From IMG/VR virus record IMGVR_UViG_2049941000_000043: a DNA stretch of 64,000 nt; one strand, written 5' to 3'. This document shows positions 1 through 10,220 of the stretch, piece by piece. Both the position numbers and the translations under genes were made by a program. Every line of letters begins with the position of its first letter. Position 1 is the stretch's first letter. The DNA is from an uncultured virus (IMG/VR IMGVR_UViG_2049941000_000043). Lineage: Duplodnaviria; Heunggongvirae; Uroviricota; Caudoviricetes. Below the pieces are notes generated by a model that saw nothing but the letters and a program-made list of their open reading frames with translations, made no database searches and was not told the origin of the DNA.

Positions 1-8
1 TGACAGAC

Positions 9-150
9 TATAATACTAATATAATATATATAATATATAGTTATAATAATAGTATATAATAATATATAGTTTATATATATAGTATAGTATAGTATATAGT
101 ATATAGTATAGTACAGTATAGTATATATTATATATCTATATAGCATTATA
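9..150. repeat. AT-rich low-complexity tract with tandem TATAG/ATAGT units
   Basis: e.g. atagtatagtatagtatatagtatatagtatagtacagtatagt at about 79-122. Confidence 0.85.
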
Positions 151-880
151 AAAAGCCGCTTTTCCCGGCCCAATTTCCCCGGCTTTATTTTCGGAAGATC
201 CCGCCCCGCCTGGAATGCGCTTTACCGTCAAATTGCACAATTAACCGGGCTTTTCGGCTTTGTCTCATAAGTTAACAGTTTTGATACAGTACACCCCGCC
301 GGACAGCCTTTCCCCGCCTTTTTTTGGTGTGGTGTGCTGTCATTGTGTGCGGTATCTGTTACTGTTGGCCTTTGTTGTCAGTTTGCTATCTAATCCGACA
401 GACAAGATTTGACTGCTGTTTGTATAGCACACATCGCACACCCATGGGGATATATAATCTATTGGATTAGGTCGGGGTGACCCCCTCGTCCACACTTCAG
501 ACAAAAAGCCCCTTTGTTGGGTGCGGCTCTCCCGTCTTACAAAACATAGGGGATACCGACTTTGACAGCCTACAGGGTTGGATGTCAGAAGCATCCGTGT
601 TCAGCGCATAGCAGTAGGATCTCCCATCATCCTATCCTGTCTGCTTACAAAGGTTGGCATACGGACAGCCAGGATATAGGGCGTGTTCCCATGTTCACAA
701 TGTTCACAAAATTCAATAATACATACATAACATACATAGCTTATATATTATATATTCCGGGTGTACGCAATTAGTTAGCTTGCTAACTTTTTGACTGTTT
801 CAATTCGCCTACTCACATGGTAGGCTGGTAGGCATAAAGAGACACAACCAAAAAGTTGTAACAAGTGGCAAACGAAATAG

Positions 881-910
881 TTGACAAGCCTTATTTGTTG
901 GTGGTAGAAT
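881..910 (+). promoter_or_regulatory. sigma70/sigmaA-type promoter
   Basis: TTGACA (881-886), 18 nt, TGgTAGAAT (extended -10, 902-910) upstream of the HTH gene. Confidence 0.6.
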
Positions 911-936
911 GGGTATAGATTGGAAGGGGGATAGCG

Positions 937-1198
937 ATGACGGGCAAGGAGATAGTGAGGGCGATAATGGATCGTCTAGGCGTAGGGGTATCGCAGATGG
1001 GTCGNNNNNNNNNNAGGCGGTACGGACACACGGGATCTGACCCTGGAGAAACTTGGGGAGATGTGCAAGGTACTGGGGTACAAGGTGGTAATCGTTCCCG
1101 AATGGTGTTTCGTCAATCCTGATGGTTTTACCTATACCGGGGAGAATGATATTCTGAAAGGAGATAAGGGCGATGACATACGGGTATGCAAGGGTTAG
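937..1198 (+). CDS. HTH transcriptional regulator (frame broken by N gap at 1005-1014)
   Basis: [22 protein letters not shown] continues after the gap in another frame as [22 protein letters not shown] to TAG at 1196-1198; XRE-like pattern. Confidence 0.6.
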
Positions 1199-1709
1199 CA
1201 CGAAAGGACAGGACAGGTACGGCAATTCCAGGGAAGCACAGCAGATCGCTCTGACGGAAGCCGGAGCAGACAAGGTTTTCTATGATTCGTTTACTGGGAC
1301 GAAGAAGCACCGCCCCGCTTTGGACGAGATGCTGTCCATTCTGTCTGCCGGAGATACGGTCATCGTGACGAAACTGGATCGTATCGCAAGAAACACCAGG
1401 GATGGCATTGACATCATTGACAGTATCGTGAACAAGGGATGCTCTGTCAGGATCCTGAACATGGGTATGTTTGACAACACTCCGACAGGCAAGCTGATGC
1501 GTACTATGATGCTTGCGTTCGCCGAGTTTGAGCGTGATATGATTGTTCAGCGCACACAGGAAGGTAAAGCCATCGCACGGCAGAGAGAGGACTTCCGGGA
1601 AGGACGGCCTACACTGAAAGTGGATTTCTCAAAAATTTTTGAAGAAGAAAAAGGCGGTGCTTCTATAAGCGAACTGTGCGAGACTTACGGAATCAGCCGT
1701 GCAAGTTAT
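1173..1709 (+). CDS. Small serine recombinase (resolvase/invertase family); stop lies in the gap
   Basis: YGYARVST catalytic motif, [22 protein letters not shown]-terminal HTH ([15 protein letters not shown]). Confidence 0.93.
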
Positions 1710-2014
1710 NNNNNNNNNNNNNNNNNNNNNNNNNNNNNNNNNNNNNNNNNNNNNNNNNNNNNNNNNNNNNNNNNNNNNNNNNNNNNNNNNNNNNNNNNNN
1801 NNNNNNNNNNNNNNNNNNNNNNNNNNNNNNNNNNNNNNNNNNNNNNNNNNNNNNNNNNNNNNNNNNNNNNNNNNNNNNNNNNNNNNNNNNNNNNNNNNNN
1901 NNNNNNNNNNNNNNNNNNNNNNNNNNNNNNNNNNNNNNNNNNNNNNNNNNNNNNNNNNNNNNNNNNNNNNNNNNNNNNNNNNNNNNNNNNNNNNNNNNNN
2001 NNNNNNNNNNNNNG

Positions 2015-3302
2015 GGGCATTGTTGTACGATGCTCCTTTTTGTTTTGACAGTTATCTGCAATATCTTGAAATTAACAGACCCGCAAAGGACAGGTTCTAT
2101 CTACCCAGACGGAAGACTCTGAAGGTTTTGGTTGATGCGATGCAGAAACTTGCAGACGATGAACTGGACGAACTGTTTCTGTCTATGCCACCAAGGGTTG
2201 GAAAGTCTACTGTACTGCTGTTTTACGCTACCTGGGTCATAGGCCGGAACTCTGAAAGCAGTAATCTGTACTCCGCTTTCTCCGACATTATTACCAAAGC
2301 GTTCTACAACGGCGTATTAGAGGTTATCAACGATCCCGTCACCTACACTTGGCGGGAAATATTTCCTTCCTGCAAGGTGGCATCAACCAACAGTGCAGAG
2401 GAAACGCTGAACATTGATCGGAAAAAGAGGTATCCATCCCTTACCTGTCGGTCATTGTACGGCACTTTGAACGGTGCTTGCGACTGCAACGGCATCCTAA
2501 TCTCCGATGACCTCATTGGCGGTATTGAGGAAGCTCTTAATCAAGACCGTTTGATTGCATCGTGGGCAAAGGTGGACAATAACCTCATCCCCNNNNNNNN
2601 NNCGAGCGGTTTGCCGGACGGCGGTATCAGATAATCAACATTCCGGCTCTGAATGAAAACGATGAATCTAACTTTGAATATTTATACGGAGTTGGATTTT
2701 CTGCCGATTACTACAAACAGAGAAGGGCATCCTTTGAGCGGAACAACGATATGGCATCGTGGACGGCACAGTATATGGGGCAACCAATAGAGCGTGAAGG
2801 TGCTTTGTTTCTGCCGGAAGGANNNNNNNNNNNNNNNNNNNNNNNNNNNNNNNNNNNNNNNNNNNNNATCTACGTTCACGATGTGGTCTACGATAACAAT
2901 GATAAGAAGATCACACAGCCTCTGCTTGCCAAAGCCATCCAGGAATACGGCATTAAGTCGGTTAGAGTTGAGGCGAACAAGTCTACGGAAGCCTATAAAG
3001 AGGGCATAGAGCAGATTTTGAAGGAAAAAAGCATCCGCATTAACATGGAAACCAAAGCTGCGCCAAACAGCGTGTCCAAGAATCAGAGAATTTTTGACAA
3101 AGCTCCTGACATCAGGGAGATGATGGTTTTCAGAGAGAGCGGTAAGCGGAGCAAACCATACGATTTGTTCATGCAGAATGTGTTCTCATTCAAAATGGTA
3201 GGCAAAAACAAGCATGACGATGCCCCGGATTCGCTTGCTATGGCAATAGATATGGTGGTATCTCCATCCCGCAAACCGAGCGTTTTTAAAAGAATTGTAT
3301 AA
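2015..3302 (+). CDS. terL: Terminase large subunit (start in gap, three gap-separated pieces)
   Basis: Walker A MPPRVGKS, Walker B-like ILISDD, C-terminal KNKHDDAPDSLA nuclease motif; directly upstream of portal. Confidence 0.9.
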
Positions 3303-3382
3303 TCTGTCCCATTTATTGGACAGTTTCTGTACCATAAAACGGACAGTTTTTGAAAAAGTTGCAAAAAACGGCAAAATCGGTG

Positions 3383-3482
3383 TTGACAGAGCGTTTCTTT
3401 TATGGTAATAACAAGGTGGGTTGTAAGGTTTTCCTTTCCGGCCCGCCCACCCGGAGAGCGATACTCCTTTACCTTACAACCC
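3383..3482 (+). promoter_or_regulatory. Putative late promoter plus structured leader before the portal gene
   Basis: TTGACA 3383-3388, 17 nt, TGgTAATAA; perfect 12-bp stem GGGTTGTAAGGT (3418-3429) / ACCTTACAACCC (3471-3482). Confidence 0.5.
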
Positions 3483-3511
3483 TCTCCCTAAAAAGCATAG
3501 GTGGTGATACC

Positions 3512-4975
3512 TTGACTGACGGAATCGTGTCTTTCGGCAGAGAAAAGATCTACACGGACTACGATGTGGTAACTGCCGGTAATGTTCTGGACATTTTGGA
3601 GCATTCGTTTGATAAGCACAGCGACAACGCACGGGAGATAGACTACCTGTATGAATATTACAAGGGAAATCAGCCCGTGCTGAATCGCACGAAAGAATAC
3701 AGAGAAGAGATCCTGAACAAGATCGTGGTCAACAGGGCCAATATGATCGTGGATTTCAAGACAGGATACCTTGTTGGCGAACCCATCCAGTATGTAAACC
3801 GCTCCGGCGAGGACAATGTGTCCGAGTATATCAATACTTTGAATGATTATATGTTCGCCGAGGACAAATCAGGGCGAGACAAGGAACTTGCAGACTGGAT
3901 GCACATTGCCGGAACAGGCTACCGCATGGCAATGCCTGACAGCAGCGTGGAACTGGAAGAGGACGAGAGTCCTTTTGAGGTTTATACCCTTGATCCGAGA
4001 TATACTTGGGTGGTTTATCACAGCGGTCTTGGCGAGAAGCCGAAGGTGGCGTTCAAGTACATCGTCCGTCAGGATGGAACAAACGTGTTTTCCGCATATA
4101 CTGACAGTATGTACTACGAAATCATTGACGGCAACATTGTCCGTGCTGAACCGCACAGTTTGGGCATGATTCCCATTATTGAGTATCCGGCAAACAACTC
4201 AAGGCTTGGGTGCTTTGAAATCGTGCTGTCTCTGTTGGATGCCCTGAACGAAGCTGAAAGCAACCGGCTGGATGCCGTAGAGCAGTTTGTGCAGAGCCTG
4301 TTGGTTTTCAAGGGAGTTGACATAGACTCCGATGATTTTTCCGCTTTGAAGATGCTTGGCGGTATAAAGATTCCCCCGGACGGAGATGTCAAGTATCTTG
4401 TCCAGGAGATGAATCAGACATCCACGCAGACATTGGTGGACGATCTGTTTGAAACGATACTGACCATCTGCGCTGTGCCGTCACAGGCTATGGGAACGCA
4501 AAGCGATTCCAGTAACAACGGTGCGGTCATTCTTCGCAACGGATGGCAGTCCGCTGAAGCAAGGGCAAAGGACACCGAACTGATGTTCAAGCAGTCGGAG
4601 AAGGTATTCCTGAAACTGATTCTCCGCATTTGTGACACGCTTGGACAGATGCCCATCAAGGTGTCTGACATTGAGATCCGCTTCACTCGCCGGAATTATG
4701 AGAACATTCAGTCCAAGGCACAGGTGCTTTGCGAGATGCTTTCTTCAGAGAAAATCCATCCGAAACTGGCATTTGCTTCGTGCAATCTGTTCCCGGATGC
4801 TGAACTTGCATATACGATGTCTATGGAGTACTGGGAAGAGCGAAAGAAGCAGACCCTTGCAGAACTTGCTTTTGACGAAGCACAGGAGACTACCGATCAG
4901 ACCCAGTTAGGAACGGCAGCCGAGGAGAACGGATTTGGCGGTGCTGATGCGGGTGGCTATTATGAGAACCGCTGA
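3512..4975 (+). CDS. SPP1 gp6-like portal protein (probable TTG start)
   Basis: YLYEYYKGNQ, IVDFKTGYLVGEPIQY, IPIIEYPANNSRLGCFE motifs; RBS AGGTGGTGA before 3512. Confidence 0.9.
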   Translation: MTDGIVSFGREKIYTDYDVVTAGNVLDILEHSFDKHSDNAREIDYLYEYYKGNQPVLNRTKEYREEILNKIVVNRANMIVDFKTGYLVGEPIQYVNRSGEDNVSEYINTLNDYMFAEDKSGRDKELADWMHIAGTGYRMAMPDSSVELEEDESPFEVYTLDPRYTWVVYHSGLGEKPKVAFKYIVRQDGTNVFSAYTDSMYYEIIDGNIVRAEPHSLGMIPIIEYPANNSRLGCFEIVLSLLDALNEAESNRLDAVEQFVQSLLVFKGVDIDSDDFSALKMLGGIKIPPDGDVKYLVQEMNQTSTQTLVDDLFETILTICAVPSQAMGTQSDSSNNGAVILRNGWQSAEARAKDTELMFKQSEKVFLKLILRICDTLGQMPIKVSDIEIRFTRRNYENIQSKAQVLCEMLSSEKIHPKLAFASCNLFPDAELAYTMSMEYWEERKKQTLAELAFDEAQETTDQTQLGTAAEENGFGGADAGGYYENR

Positions 4976-5591
4976 CCTTCCGTTTGAGGAATTAAATAAG
5001 ATAATTTATCAGTATGACTATTCGGACAAACTGATAGACCAGTTGAAGAAGCGAATCATAGAAACCTTTGCCAATTGCAAGCTGCGTATAAGAAGCACTT
5101 TCTACAATCCGAAAAAGACCATTGATTACGGAAAGCGGATGTACGATGGGCTTTGGCGGGATTGCAACAAGACATTGCTCCGAATTGCCAAGCATTACTG
5201 GAGCGAGTGCGATGACGAATGGCTCTACCTGTTTCTGACGGACTATGACCCTGTTTGGAAAGTGATCTATCAAAATGAACAGGACAGAAAAAGGGCGAGG
5301 TTCGTTGAAGGTGTTCTTTCGTCAGAATCCGTAGCGGATAAAAGTAACTTTATAGACCGTTCCATGCGTGACTGGGCAAGGATGATAAGCAATATGGGCA
5401 TTGAGGTTGTTGACAGGGCGATGATAGACAACTTCAAGGAACAGGGAGTTAAAAAGGTAATGTGGATCACTACCCCGGACGAACGAGCCTGTTTGGAGTG
5501 CCTTGCAATGGACAGGAAAATCTATCCCATAGACAAAGTTCCGGCAAAACCGCACCCCAACTGCCGATGCAGATTGTTGCCTGTTAAGTAG
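4962..5591 (+). CDS. MuF-like minor head protein
   Basis: W...DERACLEC...HPNCRC signature; follows portal. Confidence 0.85.
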   Translation: MRTADLPFEELNKIIYQYDYSDKLIDQLKKRIIETFANCKLRIRSTFYNPKKTIDYGKRMYDGLWRDCNKTLLRIAKHYWSECDDEWLYLFLTDYDPVWKVIYQNEQDRKRARFVEGVLSSESVADKSNFIDRSMRDWARMISNMGIEVVDRAMIDNFKEQGVKKVMWITTPDERACLECLAMDRKIYPIDKVPAKPHPNCRCRLLPVK

Positions 5592-5603
5592 GCTTACAAT
5601 ATG

Positions 5604-5678
5604 AGTCAGGGAAGACTTTAAAACGCAAACAGAGTAAACTGTAAATCAGAGATAGTCAGGGAAGACTTAAATCGCAAA
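5604..5678 (+). repeat. Tandem hairpin repeats upstream of the scaffold gene
   Basis: AGTC-AGGGAA-GACT..AA(A/T)CGCAAA at 5604-5629 and 5654-5678, with ACAG-AGTAAA-CTGT between them. Confidence 0.75.
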
Positions 5679-5689
5679 GGAGAGTTAAA

Positions 5690-6264
5690 ATGAACATTGA
5701 TATTTCTTCCATCCCCGGTTATGCCGAAATGACGGCAGAAGAGAAGGTGAAAGCCCTTGAGGAATATTCCTTTGAACTGCCCAAAGTGGATAGCGCAGAA
5801 ACTGACAAACTGAAACAGGCTGTCAGCAAAGCGAACGCTGAAGCGGCAGAGTGGAAGCGCAAGCACAATGCATTGCTATCCGATGACGAAAAGAAACGGC
5901 AAGAGTCACAGGAAGCCTTTGAGAAGATGGAACAGGAACTTACCGCACTCCGCAAGGAGAAAGTAATTGCAGAGCATAAAGCAAAGTTTCTGTCTCTTGG
6001 GTACGAAGAATCCCTTGCCGTGGAAACCGCATCAGCATTGGCTGACGGGGATCTGAACAAGGTTTTTGCCAACATGGCGGCGTTTCAGGAAACGCACGAT
6101 AAGGCCGTGCTGGCGCAGAACCTTAAGTCTACGCCTGTTCCCCCCGCCGGAACATCTACTGTTGACACCAAGTCGGCATATGACAAAAAGATTGCCGAAG
6201 CACAGCAGAGAGGTGATATGGCTGCGGTTGCAGCCTATATGCGCTCACATGGTAGGCTGGTAGG
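5690..6264 (+). CDS. Capsid scaffolding protein (DUF4355-like); end in gap
   Basis: Charged coiled-coil protein between MuF and capsid genes. Confidence 0.75.
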
Positions 6265-6341
6265 NNNNNNNNNNNNNNNNNNNNNNNNNNNNNNNNNNNN
6301 NNNNNNNNNNNNNNNNNNNNNNCTATTTGAGGTGAAAGAAA

Positions 6342-7367
6342 ATGTCAACGAATGAATCCTATGTAATGACTTCGCATAATCTGCTGAACTACAGCGGAAT
6401 GCTCTTCAACACGGGGAACACCAGGACCCCGTTTTCCACCCTGATCGGCGGTAAATCCCGCAACACCAATTCGTGGAAGTTTACTACTTCCCTGACCTAC
6501 GCTACTGGCGGTGGTCTTTCACAGCCCTCCATCACGGAAACTGCTTCTCTTACTGCTCCGAACCCGGAGTTTGTGACGAGATCGCAGAATGTCAACGTGT
6601 GTCAGATTTATCAGAGAGCGTTGGCTATCTCCTATGCCAAGGCATCCAGTATGGGTCAGCTTTCCGGGCTGAACCTCGCAAATGTTTCCGCTAATCCGGC
6701 TACCGAACTGGACTTCCAGGTTGCCAACACGATGGCGGCTATGGCGAACGATGTGGAGTACACCTTCATCAACGGTGCGTATAAGGATGGCACTTACGAT
6801 GATGTAGCCTACAAGACCAAGGGCATCATCGCAGCCATTACCACGAACGCCACCGCTGCTTCTTCTGCTCCTCTTGGTTTTTGGCTTGTTGCCGAAGCCA
6901 TTGAGGGCATCTCTTCCCACAACGCTCCTACTGACAGCCTGGTGCTGATGACCAACCCGGTTCACATCATGCAGATCAATGCGGATGCTTCTTCCAACGG
7001 CATGACCATCGTTCCGGCTTCCCGTAACATTAACGGTCTTGCAATTGACACGCTGATTACTCCTTTCGGATCTATCGGTCTGCTTGCAAACCCGTATGTT
7101 GCCGCCGGAAATGCCGTCATCGTGAACCCGACCGTCTGCGCTCCTGTGTACCTGGATGTTCCCGGCAAGGGCAACTTCTTCCTTGAGCCTCTCGCCAAGA
7201 CGGGTGCTGCCGACAAGTATCAGATCTACGGTCAGGTTGGTCTTGACTTTGGTGCGGAGAACTACCACGCCAAGATCACTGGCCTTGCTACCACGTTCAC
7301 CGCTCCGACTTATCATCAGTCTGTGTATGTGGCTGGCGGTACTGTTCAGACCACTTCCGGCACTTAA
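6342..7367 (+). CDS. Major capsid protein
   Basis: 341 aa, position after scaffold; EPLAKTGAADKYQIYGQVGLD motif typical of Clostridia phage capsids. Confidence 0.85.
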   Translation: MSTNESYVMTSHNLLNYSGMLFNTGNTRTPFSTLIGGKSRNTNSWKFTTSLTYATGGGLSQPSITETASLTAPNPEFVTRSQNVNVCQIYQRALAISYAKASSMGQLSGLNLANVSANPATELDFQVANTMAAMANDVEYTFINGAYKDGTYDDVAYKTKGIIAAITTNATAASSAPLGFWLVAEAIEGISSHNAPTDSLVLMTNPVHIMQINADASSNGMTIVPASRNINGLAIDTLITPFGSIGLLANPYVAAGNAVIVNPTVCAPVYLDVPGKGNFFLEPLAKTGAADKYQIYGQVGLDFGAENYHAKITGLATTFTAPTYHQSVYVAGGTVQTTSGT

Positions 7368-7388
7368 TCGCAAAAGGGGTGAGCGGAT

Positions 7389-7703
7389 ATGACGATGAAT
7401 GAAAAACTTACCTACACCGCTACCCTTCTTGACAGAACTGTTTCTTCCGAGATCCTTACTGCCTACCTTGAAGCCGCTGCTGAAGGGATTCTGCGTAAGC
7501 GGTATCCCTTCGGCTCAAGCGGGAAAGAAGTGCCGGATCAATACTCGCATCTGCAATGTGAGATAGCCGCCTACCTCATCAACAAGCGTGGTGCAGAAGG
7601 GCAGTTGTCCCACAACGAGAATGGTGTCAGCCGTTCCTACGAAGCATCCTACATTCCGTCATCCATGCTCAAATGGGTACTTCCGTATTGCGAGGTGCTA
7701 TGA
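7389..7703 (+). CDS. Head-tail connector (gp6/gp15-like)
   Basis: NKRGAEGQLSHNENGVSRSY motif; position. Confidence 0.8.
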   Translation: MTMNEKLTYTATLLDRTVSSEILTAYLEAAAEGILRKRYPFGSSGKEVPDQYSHLQCEIAAYLINKRGAEGQLSHNENGVSRSYEASYIPSSMLKWVLPYCEVL

Positions 7704-7706
7704 GTC

Positions 7707-8063
7707 GTGAGAGGAATGGTGCGAAATCAGCAATCCTTTTGGTACGCCTTGTATCAGGGAGCGACAGATGTAGTAGACGGCAATGGCTATCTGACAGGAG
7801 AAAAGGCTATCAGCTATACCGAACCCGTCAAGGCAGATGCAAGTATTTCAAGAGCGACAGGGATAACCTTTACCGAGGAGTTTGGCACGGAAGCAGACTA
7901 TGACAAGGTGATCGTAACCTTTGATATGGACTGCTCCATTGACGAACACAGCGTACTGTATGTGGATGTCACTCCCGGTGAAGGAGTAGAGCCGGATTAC
8001 ATCGTGCAAAGGGTGTCCAAGTCTTTGAACAGCATTTCCATAGCCATCAAGAAGGTGAGGTAA
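7707..8063 (+). CDS. Head closure protein
   Basis: Position and size in the neck module. Confidence 0.6.
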   Translation: MRGMVRNQQSFWYALYQGATDVVDGNGYLTGEKAISYTEPVKADASISRATGITFTEEFGTEADYDKVIVTFDMDCSIDEHSVLYVDVTPGEGVEPDYIVQRVSKSLNSISIAIKKVR

Positions 8064-8603
8064 ATGGCACTCTCGCCCATAGGAGTATCCATCAAGGTTG
8101 AAGGTGTGGATCTCGCAGTTCAGCACATCTCCAAGAAGATGAACCGCCTACAGGATAAGATGCACACGTTTGCGAATAAACTCGCAGAAATAGGTGTCAG
8201 TTTTATGAATGTAGGATTCCGCACAGCGGTCTATGACGGCACTCCTGATGTTCAGATAGGCAGCCCTTCATGGGTGAGCGATATGGTCTTGGAGATCCCC
8301 GTGACAGGCTCTACAGTAGCGTTCATTGAGTTTGGTACTGGTGTCCATTACGGAGAGAGTCATCCGAAAGCAGCCGAACTGGGTGCTGTTAGGGGAGAGT
8401 ACGGACACAAGAGAGGACGGAACGATACCTGGAAATACTACGGCGATCCCGGCAGTATGGGATGGTATCAGACCACAAACGAACGAGCCAAGGGACTTGT
8501 GACCACGCACGGCAATCCACCGAACAGCGTGATGTACAACGCATCCAAACAGATGAGGATGCAAATACTTGAAATTGCGAGGAGTGTGTTTGCTGATGAT
8601 TGA
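8064..8603 (+). CDS. Neck protein (HK97 gp10-like)
   Basis: AFIEFGTG motif; position. Confidence 0.7.
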   Translation: MALSPIGVSIKVEGVDLAVQHISKKMNRLQDKMHTFANKLAEIGVSFMNVGFRTAVYDGTPDVQIGSPSWVSDMVLEIPVTGSTVAFIEFGTGVHYGESHPKAAELGAVRGEYGHKRGRNDTWKYYGDPGSMGWYQTTNERAKGLVTTHGNPPNSVMYNASKQMRMQILEIARSVFADD

Positions 8604-8997
8604 TGTAGAATCTCAAATCTATACCAAGGTGGCAACCGCACTCCTTGCTTACAATGCGGACATACAGGTGGTAAGCAGAACGATCTACGAACCTTCCTCT
8701 TACCCCTGTGTCTGCATAGAGCAGACGGACGGATACTCCGTCTTGCAGACAAGAGACACGGCTTCCAACGAAAACCACATTACTGTGACATACACCGTCA
8801 ACGTGTACAGTCGCAAAGAAAACATTTCCAAGAGCGAAGCGAAAGCAATTATGGCTATCGTGGATGATACCCTGATAGGGCTTGGCTTTACTTTGTTAGG
8901 ATGCGTTCCCGTGGTAACGGACGAAGCACAGAAATACCGACTGACTGCACGATATTCCGCAGTTGTCGGTACAGATGAAACTATATATAGGAGTTGA
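8596..8997 (+). CDS. Tail terminator/completion protein
   Basis: YPCVCIEQ...VNVYS...GF pattern; directly before major tail gene. Confidence 0.7.
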   Translation: MIDVESQIYTKVATALLAYNADIQVVSRTIYEPSSYPCVCIEQTDGYSVLQTRDTASNENHITVTYTVNVYSRKENISKSEAKAIMAIVDDTLIGLGFTLLGCVPVVTDEAQKYRLTARYSAVVGTDETIYRS

Positions 8998-9002
8998 GAA
9001 AC

Positions 9003-9425
9003 ATGGCTATTTCCACTTATCAGGCTTTTCTGATGAAGGGTAGCGGGTCAGGTACTGTAACCTACACCAAACTGGTGGACATCAAGAGCTTCGGCGACCT
9101 TGGAGGCACTCCCGAACAGCTTGAAACCACCACGCTGACCAACGGTGCGAGAACCTACATCCGTGGCATCCAGGATCAGGAAGCGATTGAGTTTACCTGT
9201 AACTACACGGCTGCCGACTACACCACCCTCTCCGCTATCACGGAAGCAACCCCGTTTGCGGTGTGGTTTGGTGCTGGATCTAACGGCACTCCTGACGGAC
9301 ACAACGGCAAGTTCTCCTTTACGGGCGAACTGTCCGTATATGTCAATGGCGGCGGCGTGAACGAAGTGGTGGATATGACGGTGACAATCCTGCCGACCAC
9401 CGACATTACCTTCGCAGCGACCTAA
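9003..9425 (+). CDS. Major tail (tube) protein
   Basis: DLGGTPEQLETTTL, GGGVNEVVDMTVTI motifs. Confidence 0.8.
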   Translation: MAISTYQAFLMKGSGSGTVTYTKLVDIKSFGDLGGTPEQLETTTLTNGARTYIRGIQDQEAIEFTCNYTAADYTTLSAITEATPFAVWFGAGSNGTPDGHNGKFSFTGELSVYVNGGGVNEVVDMTVTILPTTDITFAAT

Positions 9426-9447
9426 TTAAGAAAGGACGGGCATTGAA

Positions 9448-9777
9448 ATGGCAAAGACCATTACGCTGACCTATGAGGGAAGAGAGTATACTCTTGAGTT
9501 TACTCGCACTACGATAGCCGAAATGGAAAGGAGAGGTTTCCGTGCTACGGATATAGAAGCGAAACCCATGAGTACGCTTCCATCTCTCTTTGCCGGGGCA
9601 TTTTTGGCACATCACCGCAATGTAAAAGCTAATGTGATTGATGCCATATTCAACAAGATCCCGAACAAACAGGACTTCATCTTCGCTCTTGGCGAGATGT
9701 ACAACGAACCGCTGGAGAGCCTGACGGATGAACCTGAAGAAGCCGAGGGAAACGCAGAGTGGAGTCAGAACTGGTAA
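9448..9777 (+). CDS. Tail assembly chaperone (gpG-like)
   Basis: Between major tail and tape measure genes; in-frame slippery heptamer G GGA AAC at 9747-9753. Confidence 0.8.
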   Translation: MAKTITLTYEGREYTLEFTRTTIAEMERRGFRATDIEAKPMSTLPSLFAGAFLAHHRNVKANVIDAIFNKIPNKQDFIFALGEMYNEPLESLTDEPEEAEGNAEWSQNW

Positions 9778-10220
9778 CGGGTTCTGATTCCAATAATGGG
9801 GGCGAAGATAACTCGCCCCCTATTCGTTACACAGACTACTTTGAGAAAGCCTGTCCGTACTATCTCTCCATAGGAATGACCTGGGAGCAGTACTGGGATG
9901 GGGATAACACGATGGTGAAGTACTTCCGGCAAGCAGACAATCTGCGGTCTGAAACAAAAAACGCAGAGTTGTGGCTTCAGGGATTGTACATCTACCGGGT
10001 GATGGAAGCGTTCGCCCCCATCCTTCCTGCTTTCCCAAAGAAAAATGCCCGTGTCGGCGACTATCTGTCCGAGCCTATTCCTTTGACGGAAAAAGATGCA
10101 AAGAACAAGGAAGACAGAGAAGCAAAAGCAGAAGCTGACAAGGGGATTACCACGATGACCGCTTGGATGGAAAAGATAAATGCCAAGCGTAAAGAAGGTG
10201 GTGAAACAAATGGCAATTGA
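9759..10220 (+). CDS. Tail assembly chaperone extension (gpT-like), reached by -1 frameshift
   Basis: Lies in the -1 frame relative to 9448-9777, open from the slippery site; YLSIGMTWEQYWDGD motif. Confidence 0.75.
   Translation: MESELVTGSDSNNGGEDNSPPIRYTDYFEKACPYYLSIGMTWEQYWDGDNTMVKYFRQADNLRSETKNAELWLQGLYIYRVMEAFAPILPAFPKKNARVGDYLSEPIPLTEKDAKNKEDREAKAEADKGITTMTAWMEKINAKRKEGGETNGN

Noticed and set aside
79..122. ATAGT pentamer tract as a relative of the 58275 array
   Set aside because: Near-invariant simple repeat with no variable positions and no adjacent RAMP gene
1710..2013. Long ORFs spanning N runs
   Set aside because: Artefacts of translating through gaps; frame changes across gaps are not evidence of pseudogenes
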